Positions 35,653 through 46,363 of a stretch of DNA of 47,003 nucleotides are shown piece by piece (position 1 is the stretch's first letter; every line of letters begins with the position of its first letter). The notes beneath the pieces are model-generated. The model saw nothing but the letters and a program-made list of their open reading frames with translations. It did not search any database and was not told where the DNA came from. The DNA lies in the NCBI GenBank assembly GCA_958009085.1, contig OY253683.1:930001-977003 (forward strand), read 5' to 3'. Source of the DNA: Protoeuglena noctilucae. Its lineage: Eukaryota. Position numbers and translations under genes: made by a program.

Positions 35653-38600
35653 ATGACGTGGAAGTTTAGTCTCCGGAAAGGGAATGAGGGGCAGGCCCAG
35701 GAAGCCCGGTGCGCGCGCTCTGCCCTGCCTGCGCCGCTCCCGGCGTCCCCTGCGCCCGCCAGCGCGCCTGCGCTGCGGTGGATCACACTCAAAGCCATCC
35801 ACGACTCGCAGGCGCGTCGATGTCGCGCCCCCGCGTCCCCCACCCGGGTCCCCCGAGGCGCAGGAGATGATGCGCCACCGTCGCCACCTCTTCCTCAACA
35901 ACTCGATCCGCACCACCAAGTACAACGCCTTCAACTACTTCCCCAAGGTCAGGGTGTGCTTGGCGCGCGGGCTGGCGGCATATGGGCACTGTTGCGTAGC
36001 CCTGCAGTTGTGCGTACCTGCCAGCGCTCCGCAGTGCCGGCGCCCACCATGCCCCTCGCCCCTGCGCCCCGCAGTGTCTGTACGAGCAGTTCCGCCGCCT
36101 TGCCAACCAGTACTTCCTCCTCGTGGCCATCATCTCCCTCACTCCCGTGTCCCCCGTGACGCCCTTCACCAACGTCATGCCCCTGGTGTTCGTGCTGGGC
36201 GTGTCGCTGATCAAGGAGTACTTCGAGGACCGCAAGCGGCGCAAGAAGGACAGGGAGATCAACGGGCACCTCGTGCAAGTGCTGGGGAGGGACGGGTGGC
36301 AGCCCACGCCCTGGCGCGACGTCATGGTCGGAGACATCGGTGCGGCATGCGGGGGGCTGTGGGAGTTGAGCTGTTGGGGTTGAGACGGACCCCGCGCATG
36401 TCTGACTAAACAAAACCTCTACACCTTCTGTCGTCTCGTGTCCATGTCTAACGAAGCCAATTTCTTACCTCCTTCATCTCTGCATGCTTGCTTACGCCAA
36501 TCTCTCATCTACCTCCACATCTCGTGTCCCGCAGTGTGCGTGAGGAACAACGAGCAGTTCCCTGCAGATTTGGTGCTCCTGTCAACGGGGGTGCCCGAGG
36601 GGGCGGCCTACGTGGAGACGTCCAACCTCGACAGGGAGACGAACCTGAAACTGGTCAAGGCGCAGGGTGAGAGAGAGAGGGGCGATGGGATAGGGGGAGG
36701 ACGCTGTGTGCTCAATGCGCTCTGCTTGATGCTGTCGGTTCTGTGCTCTCTCTGGGCTCCGCTCACTGCTCACTCACCATCTCTCTGCTCCCTGCTCTCT
36801 GCTCACCGCCCACCGCCCATCTCTCTCTGTTCATTGCCCCCGCTCCCTCACCCTCACACCATACCCTCACCCCCCCCTCCCCCCTTATGATGTAGACGAC
36901 ACGTGGGCGTACGACTCTCCCGAGAAGCTCAGCGCCCTCGAGGGCTCCTACGTCGAGTGCGACCCCCCCAACAACTCCCTCTACACCTTCACCGGCAACC
37001 TGGTGCTCAAGCGCGAGGCGGGGCAGCACACGGTCCCTTTGGGCCCCGCCAATGTCGTCTTGCGCGGGTGCATGCTGCGAAACACCCCCCACATCCACGG
37101 CCTGGTCATCTACACGGGCCACGAGTCCAAGATCATGCTCAACTCCTCCGCCCCCCCCTCCAAGCGCTCGCACCTGGAGCGCAACCTGGACAAGCTGGTG
37201 GCGGTCATGTTCAGCATCCTCTTCTCGATGTGCTTTATCGGCGCGGTGGTGCTGGGGGTGTGGATGCAGCAGCACGGCAAGCAGCACTGGTACTTGGAGT
37301 TCAACAGCCCCTACGACGACCCCACGACGGCCAAGGTGTGGAACGTCGACAAGCCGGTCACGGTGGCGCTGCTCAACTTCCTCACGCTCATCACGCTGTA
37401 CTCGACGCTCATCCCCATCTCCCTCTACGTCTCCATCGAGATCATCAAGTTCACCCAGGCCACCTTCCTCATCAGCATGGACCCCCACATGTTCCACAAA
37501 GAGTCGGGCACGCCTGCCCTGGCGCGCACCTCGAATCTGAACGAGGAGCTGGGGCAGGTGGAGTACGTCTTCTCGGACAAGACGGGCACGCTCACCCAGG
37601 TGAGGGTGGGCGCGGCTGCGGGTGCGATGCAGGAGTGCGATCGACCATCCGCAGCGACTGACTGGTTGGCATGGATGCTCGGATGCAGAGTTGCCGTATC
37701 GACCATTGGCAGTGACTGGTTGCTGCCGTGGATGCCGGGTGCTAACACTGAGCAACTCTGACCTCGCTCACTGCTTGCCCTTCTACCCCAGAACCTGATG
37801 GAGTTCTTCAAGTGCTCCATCGCGGGGGTCAAGTACGGCGCGGGGATGACGGAGGTGCAGAGGGCCATGACGGCGCGCAAGAGCGGGCGCACCCTCGCGG
37901 ACGTCATGTCCTCGGAGCCACCTCGCCGCCCACCCCGCGAGCGGGGCATGAACTTCGAGGACGCGCGCGTCATGGATGGGGGGTGGCGCCGGCAGCCGTC
38001 CGCGGGGGTCATCGAGGAGTTCTTCCGGGCCCTGGCGCTGTGCCACACGGTGGTGCCCGAGGGGGGCCAGGAGTTCTCGAACATCAAGTACCAGGCGGCG
38101 TCCCCCGACGACGTTGCCCTGTGTTTGGCCGCCAAGCACGCCGGGTGGTTCTTCCAGCGCCGCACCACCGCCAGCCTCACGCTGCAGGTGGCCGCGAGCG
38201 TGATGAGCGCCGGGGGGGGGCGCGGGGAGGAGACCTACCAGCTGCTGGCCACGCTGGAGTTCAACTCGACGCGCAAGCGCATGAGCGTGATCGTGCGGGA
38301 GCCGTGGAGCGGCAACATCAAGCTCTACTGCAAGGGCGCGGACAACGTCATCCTGCAGCGGCTGGGCAAGAACGCGAGAGCCACGGCGAGGGGCGCAGAG
38401 ATGATGTGGCGTAGTGATTACGAATAGATTGGCGCAGACATGCACAGCTGCATGCGACGCGCCCGTCACACAGCGTCGCTCGTCCCCAGCCATGCCCGTC
38501 TATGGTTCCCTGATCTCCCTTCTCTTTGCTTCTCTCCCGCAGCAGTACAAGGGTCAGACGGTGGAGCACCTGGAGGAGTTCGCGCACGAGGGCCTGCGGA

Positions 38601-41170
38601 CGCTGTGCATCGGCGTGCGCTCCCTCAGCGAGTCGGAGTTCCAGTCGTGGTTCGCACGGTTCACGCAGGTGAGGCGGTGGGTGGTGGGATGACTGGTAAA
38701 TGCTGTATGTGGTCACATATGGTTGACAGCATAAGGAGAGGATGCTATGATCTGGGTTTGGATGCTGTGTCATGGGCGGAGAGCACGTGATGGGTCTGAA
38801 TGCGATGTGGTGGGTGGATGCCATGGGAAGAATCACGGTCGCTATGCCGAGAGACGGGGCCGCATGCGGAGACTCGGAGTGTCACATCCTCGTTGCTGGC
38901 CCCCTCTCTGCCATTGCAGGCCAAGCAGAGTCTGACGGAGCGTGAGGCGAAGATCGAGGCAGTGGCGGAGGAGATCGAGCACTCCCTGGAGCTACTGGGG
39001 GCCACGGCCATCGAGGACAAGCTGCAGGCGAGAGAGAGATGGGTGATGACAGGGGATGGCTGTGGAGGTGGAGGGGTTGTTAGTGCTGAGAACACGGCTG
39101 CAAGTGAGTGGGGTTTGGTGCTGCTGCGAAAAGAGCTGCGGTTGAGAAGGGGTGTTACCATTGAGATCAAGTCGCGTCATGCTACTCGCTCCCCCCCTTG
39201 GTGTCCCAGGTGGGCGTCCCCGCGTGCATCGAGCGCCTGATGCGCGCCAACCTCAAGATTTGGGTGCTGACGGGCGACAAGATCGAGACGGCCATCAACA
39301 TCGCCTTCGCATGCTCGTTGCTGACGGACGACCAGGAGCAGCACATCGTGCAGAGCACCACGGCGCTGGTCAAGGCGGCGGAGAAGGAGGCCGCGGAGAT
39401 GGCGGAGAAGGAGGCGAGGAATGGAGAGGGGAATGGGACGGGACGCATGTGACATGGACTCGCGCATTGTGGGCGATGCGCGCGTGTGCCATGTGGGCAT
39501 GGACCTGTGCATTGTGGGCATGGCCTCGTGATGCGCGTGTGTGCTGCAGCTCACCAACACCCTCCCTGTAGCCCCTCCCCGCCCCAGGGCCGCGCGCATG
39601 TGTCCGCGATCCGCGCCGCCGAGGTGGCCCGGCAGCTGCGCGAGATCCAGGAGTCGATGCGCGCGTCCCCCAAGCAGCCGTTCGCGCTGGTCATCGACGG
39701 GGCGGCCCTGGAGAGCGCCCTGGGGGACGATCTGAAGCTGACGCTGCTGGACGTGGGCCAGCGGTGCCGCGCGGTGGTGTGCTGCCGCGTGAGTCCCCTT
39801 CAGAAGGCGCTGGTGACGCGGCTGGTGCGCGACAACGCCGGCAAGGTCACGCTGTCGATCGGGGACGGTGCCAACGATGTGTCGATGATCCAGGCGGCGC
39901 ACATCGGCGTGGGCATCTCCGGGAACGAGGGCATGCAGGCTGTGATGGCCAGCGACTTCGCCATCGCCCAGTTCCGCTTCCTGACCGACCTGCTGCTCGT
40001 GCACGGCAGCCAGATGTACCACCGGGTGTCGCGCGTGGTGGGCTACTTCTTCTACAAGAACTTCGCATTCACCATCACGCAGTTCATCTACGGGGCGTAC
40101 CAGGGTGAGAATGAGAGAAGAGGAGGGCTGCGACAGCCATGTGCTGTGACAGCCATGCGCTTGCCGTGGGCGTGCCGCCACGCAGTGACACCGCTCTCTG
40201 TTACCGTCGCAGTGTACTCTGGTCAGACCATCTACGACGACTGGTTCACCACCACTTTCAACCTCTTCTTCACCAGCGTCCCCGTCCTGGTCGTGGGCGT
40301 GTTCGACCAGGAGGTCCTCAAGCACACGGCGCGCACCGTGCCGCAGCTCTACGCATTCTCGCAGAAAAACGCCAACTTCGACCTCGTCACCCTCGGGGGG
40401 TGGCTGGCCAACGGTGCGTGTGTTTGTCTGTGTGTGGGGGGGGGGGTTGGCGTGATGCGTGGGCGCTCGGCAGTGTTGTGGCGCTTGCAGTAGCGACACA
40501 ACAGCGGGCCACCCATCCACCCCCCACCTCCCACGCCGTCTGCCCTCACCATCACTCTCTCAGGTCTCCTCCACGGCGTGCTGTGCTTCTTCCTGCCCTT
40601 CTACTCCCTCTCCGAGAGCACGACCGCCGTCGACCGCCATGGCCGGCAGCTGGACATGTACGCGACGGGCATCATGTGCTACACCATCATCATCACCACC
40701 GTCAACCTCCGACTGCTCATCCAGACCACCCACCAGACGCTCTGGCACCAGGTCGCCATCTACGGCTCCATCGCCATATGGGTCGCCTTCATCCTGGCCT
40801 ACTCCGCCTTCACCCCCAACTTCCTCTCCAAGTTCAACTCCTCCCACGCCACCGTATACCTCGTCTTCTACCAGCTCCTCGTCACGCCGCGCTTCTGGTG
40901 AGGCCGGGGCAGGGTGTGCGGCACAGAGACGGCAGCAGTGCGCGCTGCGCTCTCTCCGCCCACCTCGCCCCCGCTCACCCCCCCCCCAGGCTCGGCACGG
41001 CGGCCTGCACGGTCATGTGCCTGCTGGTGGACTTCCTGTTCCTGCTCCTGCGGCGCACGCTGCGCCCCTGGGACTGGCAGGTGGTGCAGGAGTACCAGAC
41101 GCGGCACAAGACGCTGTGGGTGCCGAGGTGGGCCGTGTACGGGGGGCCCAAGAACGAAGACACGGTCTGA
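35653..41170 (+). CDS. ALA: P4-type ATPase phospholipid flippase (ALA/DRS2/ATP8A type), 13 exons
   Basis: [84 protein letters not shown] and [12 protein letters not shown]. The actuator motif reads DRET rather than DGET. Confidence 0.96.
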
Positions 41171-41403
41171 GGGAGGCACGCATTAGATGCCACGCGTTGC
41201 ATGCCATGCGCTTGGTGCTTGGTGGTAAGAGTGGGGCCGGGGTCCGTGACGCGCGTTTCAAACGAGCCTAGGCACGGGCACTCGAGCCGACGCGCGGCCA
41301 CCCCGCCCCGGCAAGACAGCTGGGGCGCGGGGACACCCAGGCTGCGCAGAAGAGAAGCCACCACGCCCGCCACCCACGCGCCACCCCGGCCGACCGTGCA
41401 TGC

Positions 41404-42055
41404 TTAGAGGGCGTTCTCACGCACGATGTCGTAGGGCACCGCCGTCACCGTCGTCATCTTCTCCAGCACGCTCGTCATCGTGAAGCCGTCGCGGGGGCTC
41501 TGAGAGCAAGCAAGGCACAACCGTCACGCAGCCTCCCACCCGGCCGATGGTCAGCCAGCAGCAGCCGCACCCTGCCCCTGGCCAGCAGCAGGCCCACGTC
41601 ACCACCCGACAGCAAGCAGTCAACCATCGTCGCCCCCGCTCGCGCACCTGGGGCAGGCGCTTCACGTCCTTGGTGGAGAAGGTCTTGCCGGCCTTCTTGG
41701 CGGCGATGCGGGCCTTGTCGTTCTCCTCGCGGCGCTTGAGGAAGTCCTCCCGGCACCTCGACGGGCGCACGTGCTCGACGCGCACGTGGATGCGCTTGCG
41801 GATGATGCGGTTGCCGACCTGCTTGTTCACCTCGACGCCCAGCGCCCGCTTGGTGATGTTCCAGATTCTCCCCGTCCGCCCGTGGTAGAACTTGTGCGGC
41901 ATGCCCGCCTGCACCGCCGGGTTGACCTTGATGTCCACATAGTCCCCGAGCTTGTACTGCCGCAGGTACGTCGTGAGGTTGATGTACCCATGCTCCCTGT
42001 AGCCCCGCTGGAAGAGGTCGCGGGTGTTACTCCGCAGACCCCCCGACCGCACCAT
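41404..42055 (-). CDS. RPL21: 60S ribosomal protein L21 (eL21), 2 coding exons
   Basis: [34 protein letters not shown] and [18 protein letters not shown]. Intron 41500-41647; the last exon ends [12 protein letters not shown]. Confidence 0.98.
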
Positions 42056-42061
42056 GTCTGC

Positions 42062-42537
42062 CTGCGAGCCAGGGGGCGGGGGGGCGGCGAGGTCGGCCGG
42101 GGCGGCCGGCCCAGGCCCGGGGACCCGCACCCGAGCCGCGCGGGGGGCAAAGTGTCGCTTGCTGGGCAAGTTCCAACAGGTAATGGCCCCGACGGGGCTC
42201 CTGAGGAAGATGGAATCAGCGTTCGGCCCAGCTGGGAAACCCCGAGGGGTCTCGACCAGGGGGACTCGCTGTGCGGCGCCGGTGCTGGGATATGGGCCAT
42301 GCGGACGGCGCCGGTTCACACGGCCTCCGAAGAGACTGCGGTACCGACGCCAGTGGCACCCCGGAAGCACCTAAGAAGCGGAACGCCGGGGAAAGCAAAT
42401 GGCAGAGGTGGGGCGCACGGGAGGGACGCGCGCCCCCCCGATGAGCCAGAGATCGGTGGCAGAGAGGCCGTGGTGCGGTCCCGCCACGCCCGCGAGGTCC
42501 CCCGCGGGGACCCGGCGCTCGGGCAGGCGGCACTCAC
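42062..42537 (-). other. 5'-UTR intron of RPL21
   Basis: GTGAGT donor at 42537 and CTCGCAG acceptor 6 nt before the ATG. Upstream pyrimidine runs (CCTTTCTTC, about 42595-42587) resemble a ribosomal-protein TSS. Confidence 0.7.
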
Positions 42538-42848
42538 CCCCCCTCTCTCGAAGCTGCCGCGAGGGGCTACGACGAAAGGACTGGTCGAAGAAAGGACCGA
42601 CCGGGGGCCGGCGCGGTGGCCCATCGCGGGGGGCCAGGTTTCCGTGCAAGAAACACGCAGCAGCGTGGGTCTGACTCGCTCCTGAGGGGACCCGGGCTCC
42701 TGCAGCCGTTTCGGATGCACTCTGACGCTCGAAGGACTCGGCCGGCCGACTCTCGGGGCTTCTCACGCGCCCGTCGCTCTCCACGGGACAGCCGCCCAGG
42801 GTTCGTGGCTCGCCGCGCCGGCTGAGCGCGCCAGTCCTCGCGCGCGGA

Positions 42849-42879
42849 TTTATACAGGCACATCGCTGTCACGTACGTG
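42849..42879. promoter_or_regulatory. Candidate promoter elements between the divergent RPL21 and RH47 genes
   Basis: TATAAA on the minus strand (42849-42854) and a perfect palindrome CACGTACGTG (42870-42879). Confidence 0.3.
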
Positions 42880-43013
42880 TGAAGGAGTGTGAGGCGGCGG
42901 GTGAGGGTGCGGGAGGAGTGCGCTTTGGTGCTGTGCGCATTGCGAGCAGTCTCCACGGCCTCGGGACGCGAGACTTACCGTCAGGGGGACTCCCTCGTCG
43001 ACCAAATTGGCGA

Positions 43014-45686
43014 ATGAATGCGTTCGCGAAGGCCGCCGAGCTCCGCTGCGCCGCAGGGCCGCGGAGGTCTGCAGGGCGTCCGATGTCCCTCCCGTGTGCG
43101 TGCCTCCGGCACGCGGCCGTGCGGGCGCTGCGGCCCCTGACCGTGGCCGTCCCCGCGCGTCGCGGCGCAGCGAGTGTGACCGCGTGCTCCCCGCGCCGGC
43201 GCCCCACTGGCAGCCCCGTGCCCTGCCGTGCCGTGGCTGCCCCCGGGGAGGGCGTGGAGGGGAGCGTCACGCGCGAGGGATGGGCCGAGGAGGGCGATGG
43301 GGTGGCTAGGGAGCAGGCGGACGCCGCGCAGGGGTCGACCGGCAGCGCGGAGGCGCCCGGCAGCACTGCAGCGCCCTCGCCGCCCCGCAGCTTTGCGAGC
43401 CTGGGGCTGCTGCCGGCGCTGGTGTCGCGGTTGGCGGCGCAGGGCATCCGCGAGCCCACGGACATCCAGATGGCCGCCGCGCCCGTGCTGCTGCAAGGCC
43501 GCGACGCGGGCCTCCGTGCCCACACGGGGAGCGGCAAGACGCTGGCGTACCTGCTTCCCCTTTTGACCGGGGTGCTGTCGGGGGCGCGGCTGGACAAGCC
43601 GCGGAGGGGCCGCGGGGAGGGGACCGCGGACGACAACGACGTGCGTGTGGTGGTGGTGGCGCCCTCGCAGGAACTGGCCATGCAGATCGGTGAGCAGGGG
43701 ACGGGGGGGCAGGGCAGGCCCAATGCCAAGCCCGAGGCGTTGACAAGGCGCAGTTGCTGCTCTGCTTTTCTTCACTCGCTCCCCACCCCCTCTCTCTCCG
43801 CAGTGCGCGTGGCCCAGGGCCTGCTCCCGGACGACTGGTCCCGTGCCGTGCAGCAGCTGATCGGTGGTGCCAACATCGCCCGGCAGGTCGAGGCCCTCCG
43901 CATGCACCGCCCCCTTGTCGTCGTTGGCACCCCCGGCAGACTGGCCGAGCTAGACCGCCTGGGTCGCCTGGGGCTGCACCGCGTGCGTGCGGTGGTGCTG
44001 GACGAGGCGGACCAGCTGCTGGCGGACCACTTCCGGCGGGACATGGAGAGGATCATGGAGCACGCGGGGAGGAAGGCGACGGTGAGGGGCTAGGGGAGCG
44101 TGACACATGAGGCGCATGCGCATGCGTGTGTGGGCCACAGCGATGCCATACATCCCCCCTTCGTCCACCCCCAGGGCGGCCGTCAGACGGTGATGGTGTC
44201 TGCCACGCTGTCCCCCGCGTCCATGCGCCGTCTGTCCCGCTGGGCATCACCTGGCCGCGAGGAGGCGCAGCTGGTGGCGGCATCCACCGCGCCCCTGCGC
44301 CCCTCCCCTGCCGTGGCGGCCGGCGCCCCCCGCCGCGCGCCCGGCACCCCCTCCTGGGGCTGGGAGCAGGCAGAGGAGGGCTGGAACCGCGACATGGGGG
44401 TCTTCACCGAGGCGTCCGCGGGGGGGCGCTTCTCGGACGACGTCGTGGGGGAGATGCCGCCCAACGTCGGTGAGTGCGAGATGCCATGCGACGTGGGTGA
44501 GAGGCAGTGATGTGGCTGCTCGCATGCAGCTCACATCCCCATGCGTTCGTGCGCTTGCAGAGCACCGCTTCGTGGTGGCCCCTGCCGCCCGCAAGGTGGA
44601 CGCGCTGCGGCGCGCCATCCACGCCCTGGACGCACGCAAGGCTTTGGTTTTTATGAACTTCGGGCGCCGCCTCCAGGACACGCAGTTTAAGCTCGAGGCG
44701 CGGGGGATGCGGTGAGGGGCGGGGTGCCATGGCATGGGCGTGGGCAAGGGCCTGCCGCTGCCTCGAGTTCGCCTGCCCAACCTTGCATGCGCTCGCGTCC
44801 CTTCTCCCCAGCGTGGCATGCCTGCACGGGGAGATGCGCAAGGAGCAGCGCAAAGCGGTGCTGGACGGCTTCCGCGATGGGGACACGCGCGTGCTGGTGG
44901 TGTCGGACGTGGCGGCACGCGGACTCGACCTGCCAGGTGATGCTGGCTGGGGATGCTGGGGCTGATGAGTTGCGGGGGGGTGCGTGTGTGTCAGCTGTCG
45001 CCACTGCCTGCCCCTTGCGTCGCTGCCGAAGAGAGTGCCACACGCCGTCACCCACCCTGTCTCCCCCCGCAGCGGTTGATGCCGTTTTCAACCTCGAGCT
45101 CCCCAGCAATGCACCCCACTTCGTCCACCGGGCGGGGCGCACGGGCCGCGCTGGCCGCCCCGGCGTGGTGGTGTCGGTGGTGGAGCCGAGGGAGCGGTTC
45201 GTGGTGGGGAAGCTGGCGAAGGGGCTGCAGTGCGAGATGGTGGAGGCGGTCGTGGAGGGGGGGGAGCTGCGGGAGGGGAGGGAAGGGCCGAGGGGGGAGG
45301 GGAGTGAGGGGCGGGGGGGATCGCCCGTGTCGCGGAGAGGGAGGGGGCGCGATGAGGATGAGGGGAGTGATGGGGATGAGGGAAGCTTAGATCGTGAGGG
45401 GCGTGAGGGACGTGAGGGACGTGGGCGGGGACCATCGCCGGTGTCGGGGAGGGGGGCCGGGGAGCGGGCGGGGGGAGGCCGGTACGGGGCAGGGGCGGCA
45501 GGGCGGGGGCGGGGAGGGCGGGGCTCTGCGGAGCGGGGCTCCCCGAAGTGGGTCGCTGGAGAGCGGGTCATGGTGGAGCGGGGGTCTGCAGAGCGGCTCT
45601 CGGTGGAGCGGAGGTCTGGGGAGCGGGGCAGGGGTGCGGGGCATGGCAAGGCGCCCGGTAGGCCGCAGCGCAGCCGCGGGGAGTGA
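43014..45686 (+). CDS. Organellar DEAD-box RNA helicase (RH47/ISE1-like) with RG-rich tail, 6 exons
   Basis: Q motif FASLGL...PTDIQ, then TGSGKT, APSQELAMQI, VQQLIGGANIARQ, GTPGRL, LDEAD, SAT, DVAARGLD and HRAGRTGR, preceded by a transit-like N-terminus. Start is 43014 or 43083. Confidence 0.92.
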
Positions 45687-45888
45687 CGTGCTGCGCCGAG
45701 ATTGAAGGCGCGTGGTTAGGTTGTTGGTGTCTCTCGCCCATGCTTGGCAGGTACAGCTGTTGGCACGCGCATGCAGGGCCAGGGGGCGCCGGCCTGGCTG
45801 CAGCTGCGCTGGGCCCCGGTCCGGGTACGGCCTGGTGGCGCTGGGGCTGATGGGGGCGGCCGCGGCGAGCGGCCAGTCGCAGGTGCCC

Positions 45889-46063
45889 CTGACTGACTTT
45901 CCTTCAACAAGGCTCACAGCTAAGGTCGCTGACCTATCTCTTGCCACTCTTGCCCGGGGCCCTCGAGCAGTGGCTTCAGCTGCTTTGGCAGCGCCAGGGC
46001 CAGCAGCTACCAACACCAGGGAAGGTCGCATCAACGGTGTAGCATACATCACCACCGCCTAGC
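45889..46063 (-). ncRNA. Structured RNA-like repeat, copy 1 (family not recognised)
   Basis: Diverged copy of 46180-46363 with helices conserved by compensatory changes. G-U pairs indicate the minus strand. Confidence 0.6.
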
Positions 46064-46169
46064 CAAAAACAGGGCGAGGCCCTGGACCCGGCGAGCCGGT
46101 CAAGGGAGGGGTCTCTTGGGAAGTTACTGAGCAGGGCGAGGGGCCCTGGAGAGGAAAAGCCCCCTGAGG

Positions 46170-46363
46170 GACTGACTGACTGACTGACTCGCTTCAAAGG
46201 GCACACAGCTTAGGCCTCGGGCCTATTGCTCGCCAGTTCTAGCCTATGACTAGGGGTCCGGTCCCTGGACCTGGCTTAAGCCGCTTTGGCAGCACAAGGG
46301 CCTATGCTACCAACACCCAAGAAGTTCGCATCGGCTGTGTAGTGTACATCGGCACAGCCTAGC
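46170..46363 (-). ncRNA. Structured RNA-like repeat, copy 2, with (GACT)5 tail
   Basis: Its distal part aligns to copy 1 at an offset of 300 nt. Same helices plus one extra hairpin. Confidence 0.6.

Noticed and set aside
42607..42822. GCCGGCGCGG inverted repeat with an SRP/Alu-like start
   Set aside because: It lacks the SRP UGUNR and helix-8 motifs and the RNase P/MRP CR-I/CR-V pairing. A 10-12 bp all-GC stem is expected by chance at this GC content.
45889..46363. Telomerase RNA or a known small ribozyme as the identity of the structured repeats
   Set aside because: There is no CUAACCCU-like template, no CUGANGA/GAAA hammerhead core, no HDV nested pseudoknot pattern and no TPP CUGAGA motif.
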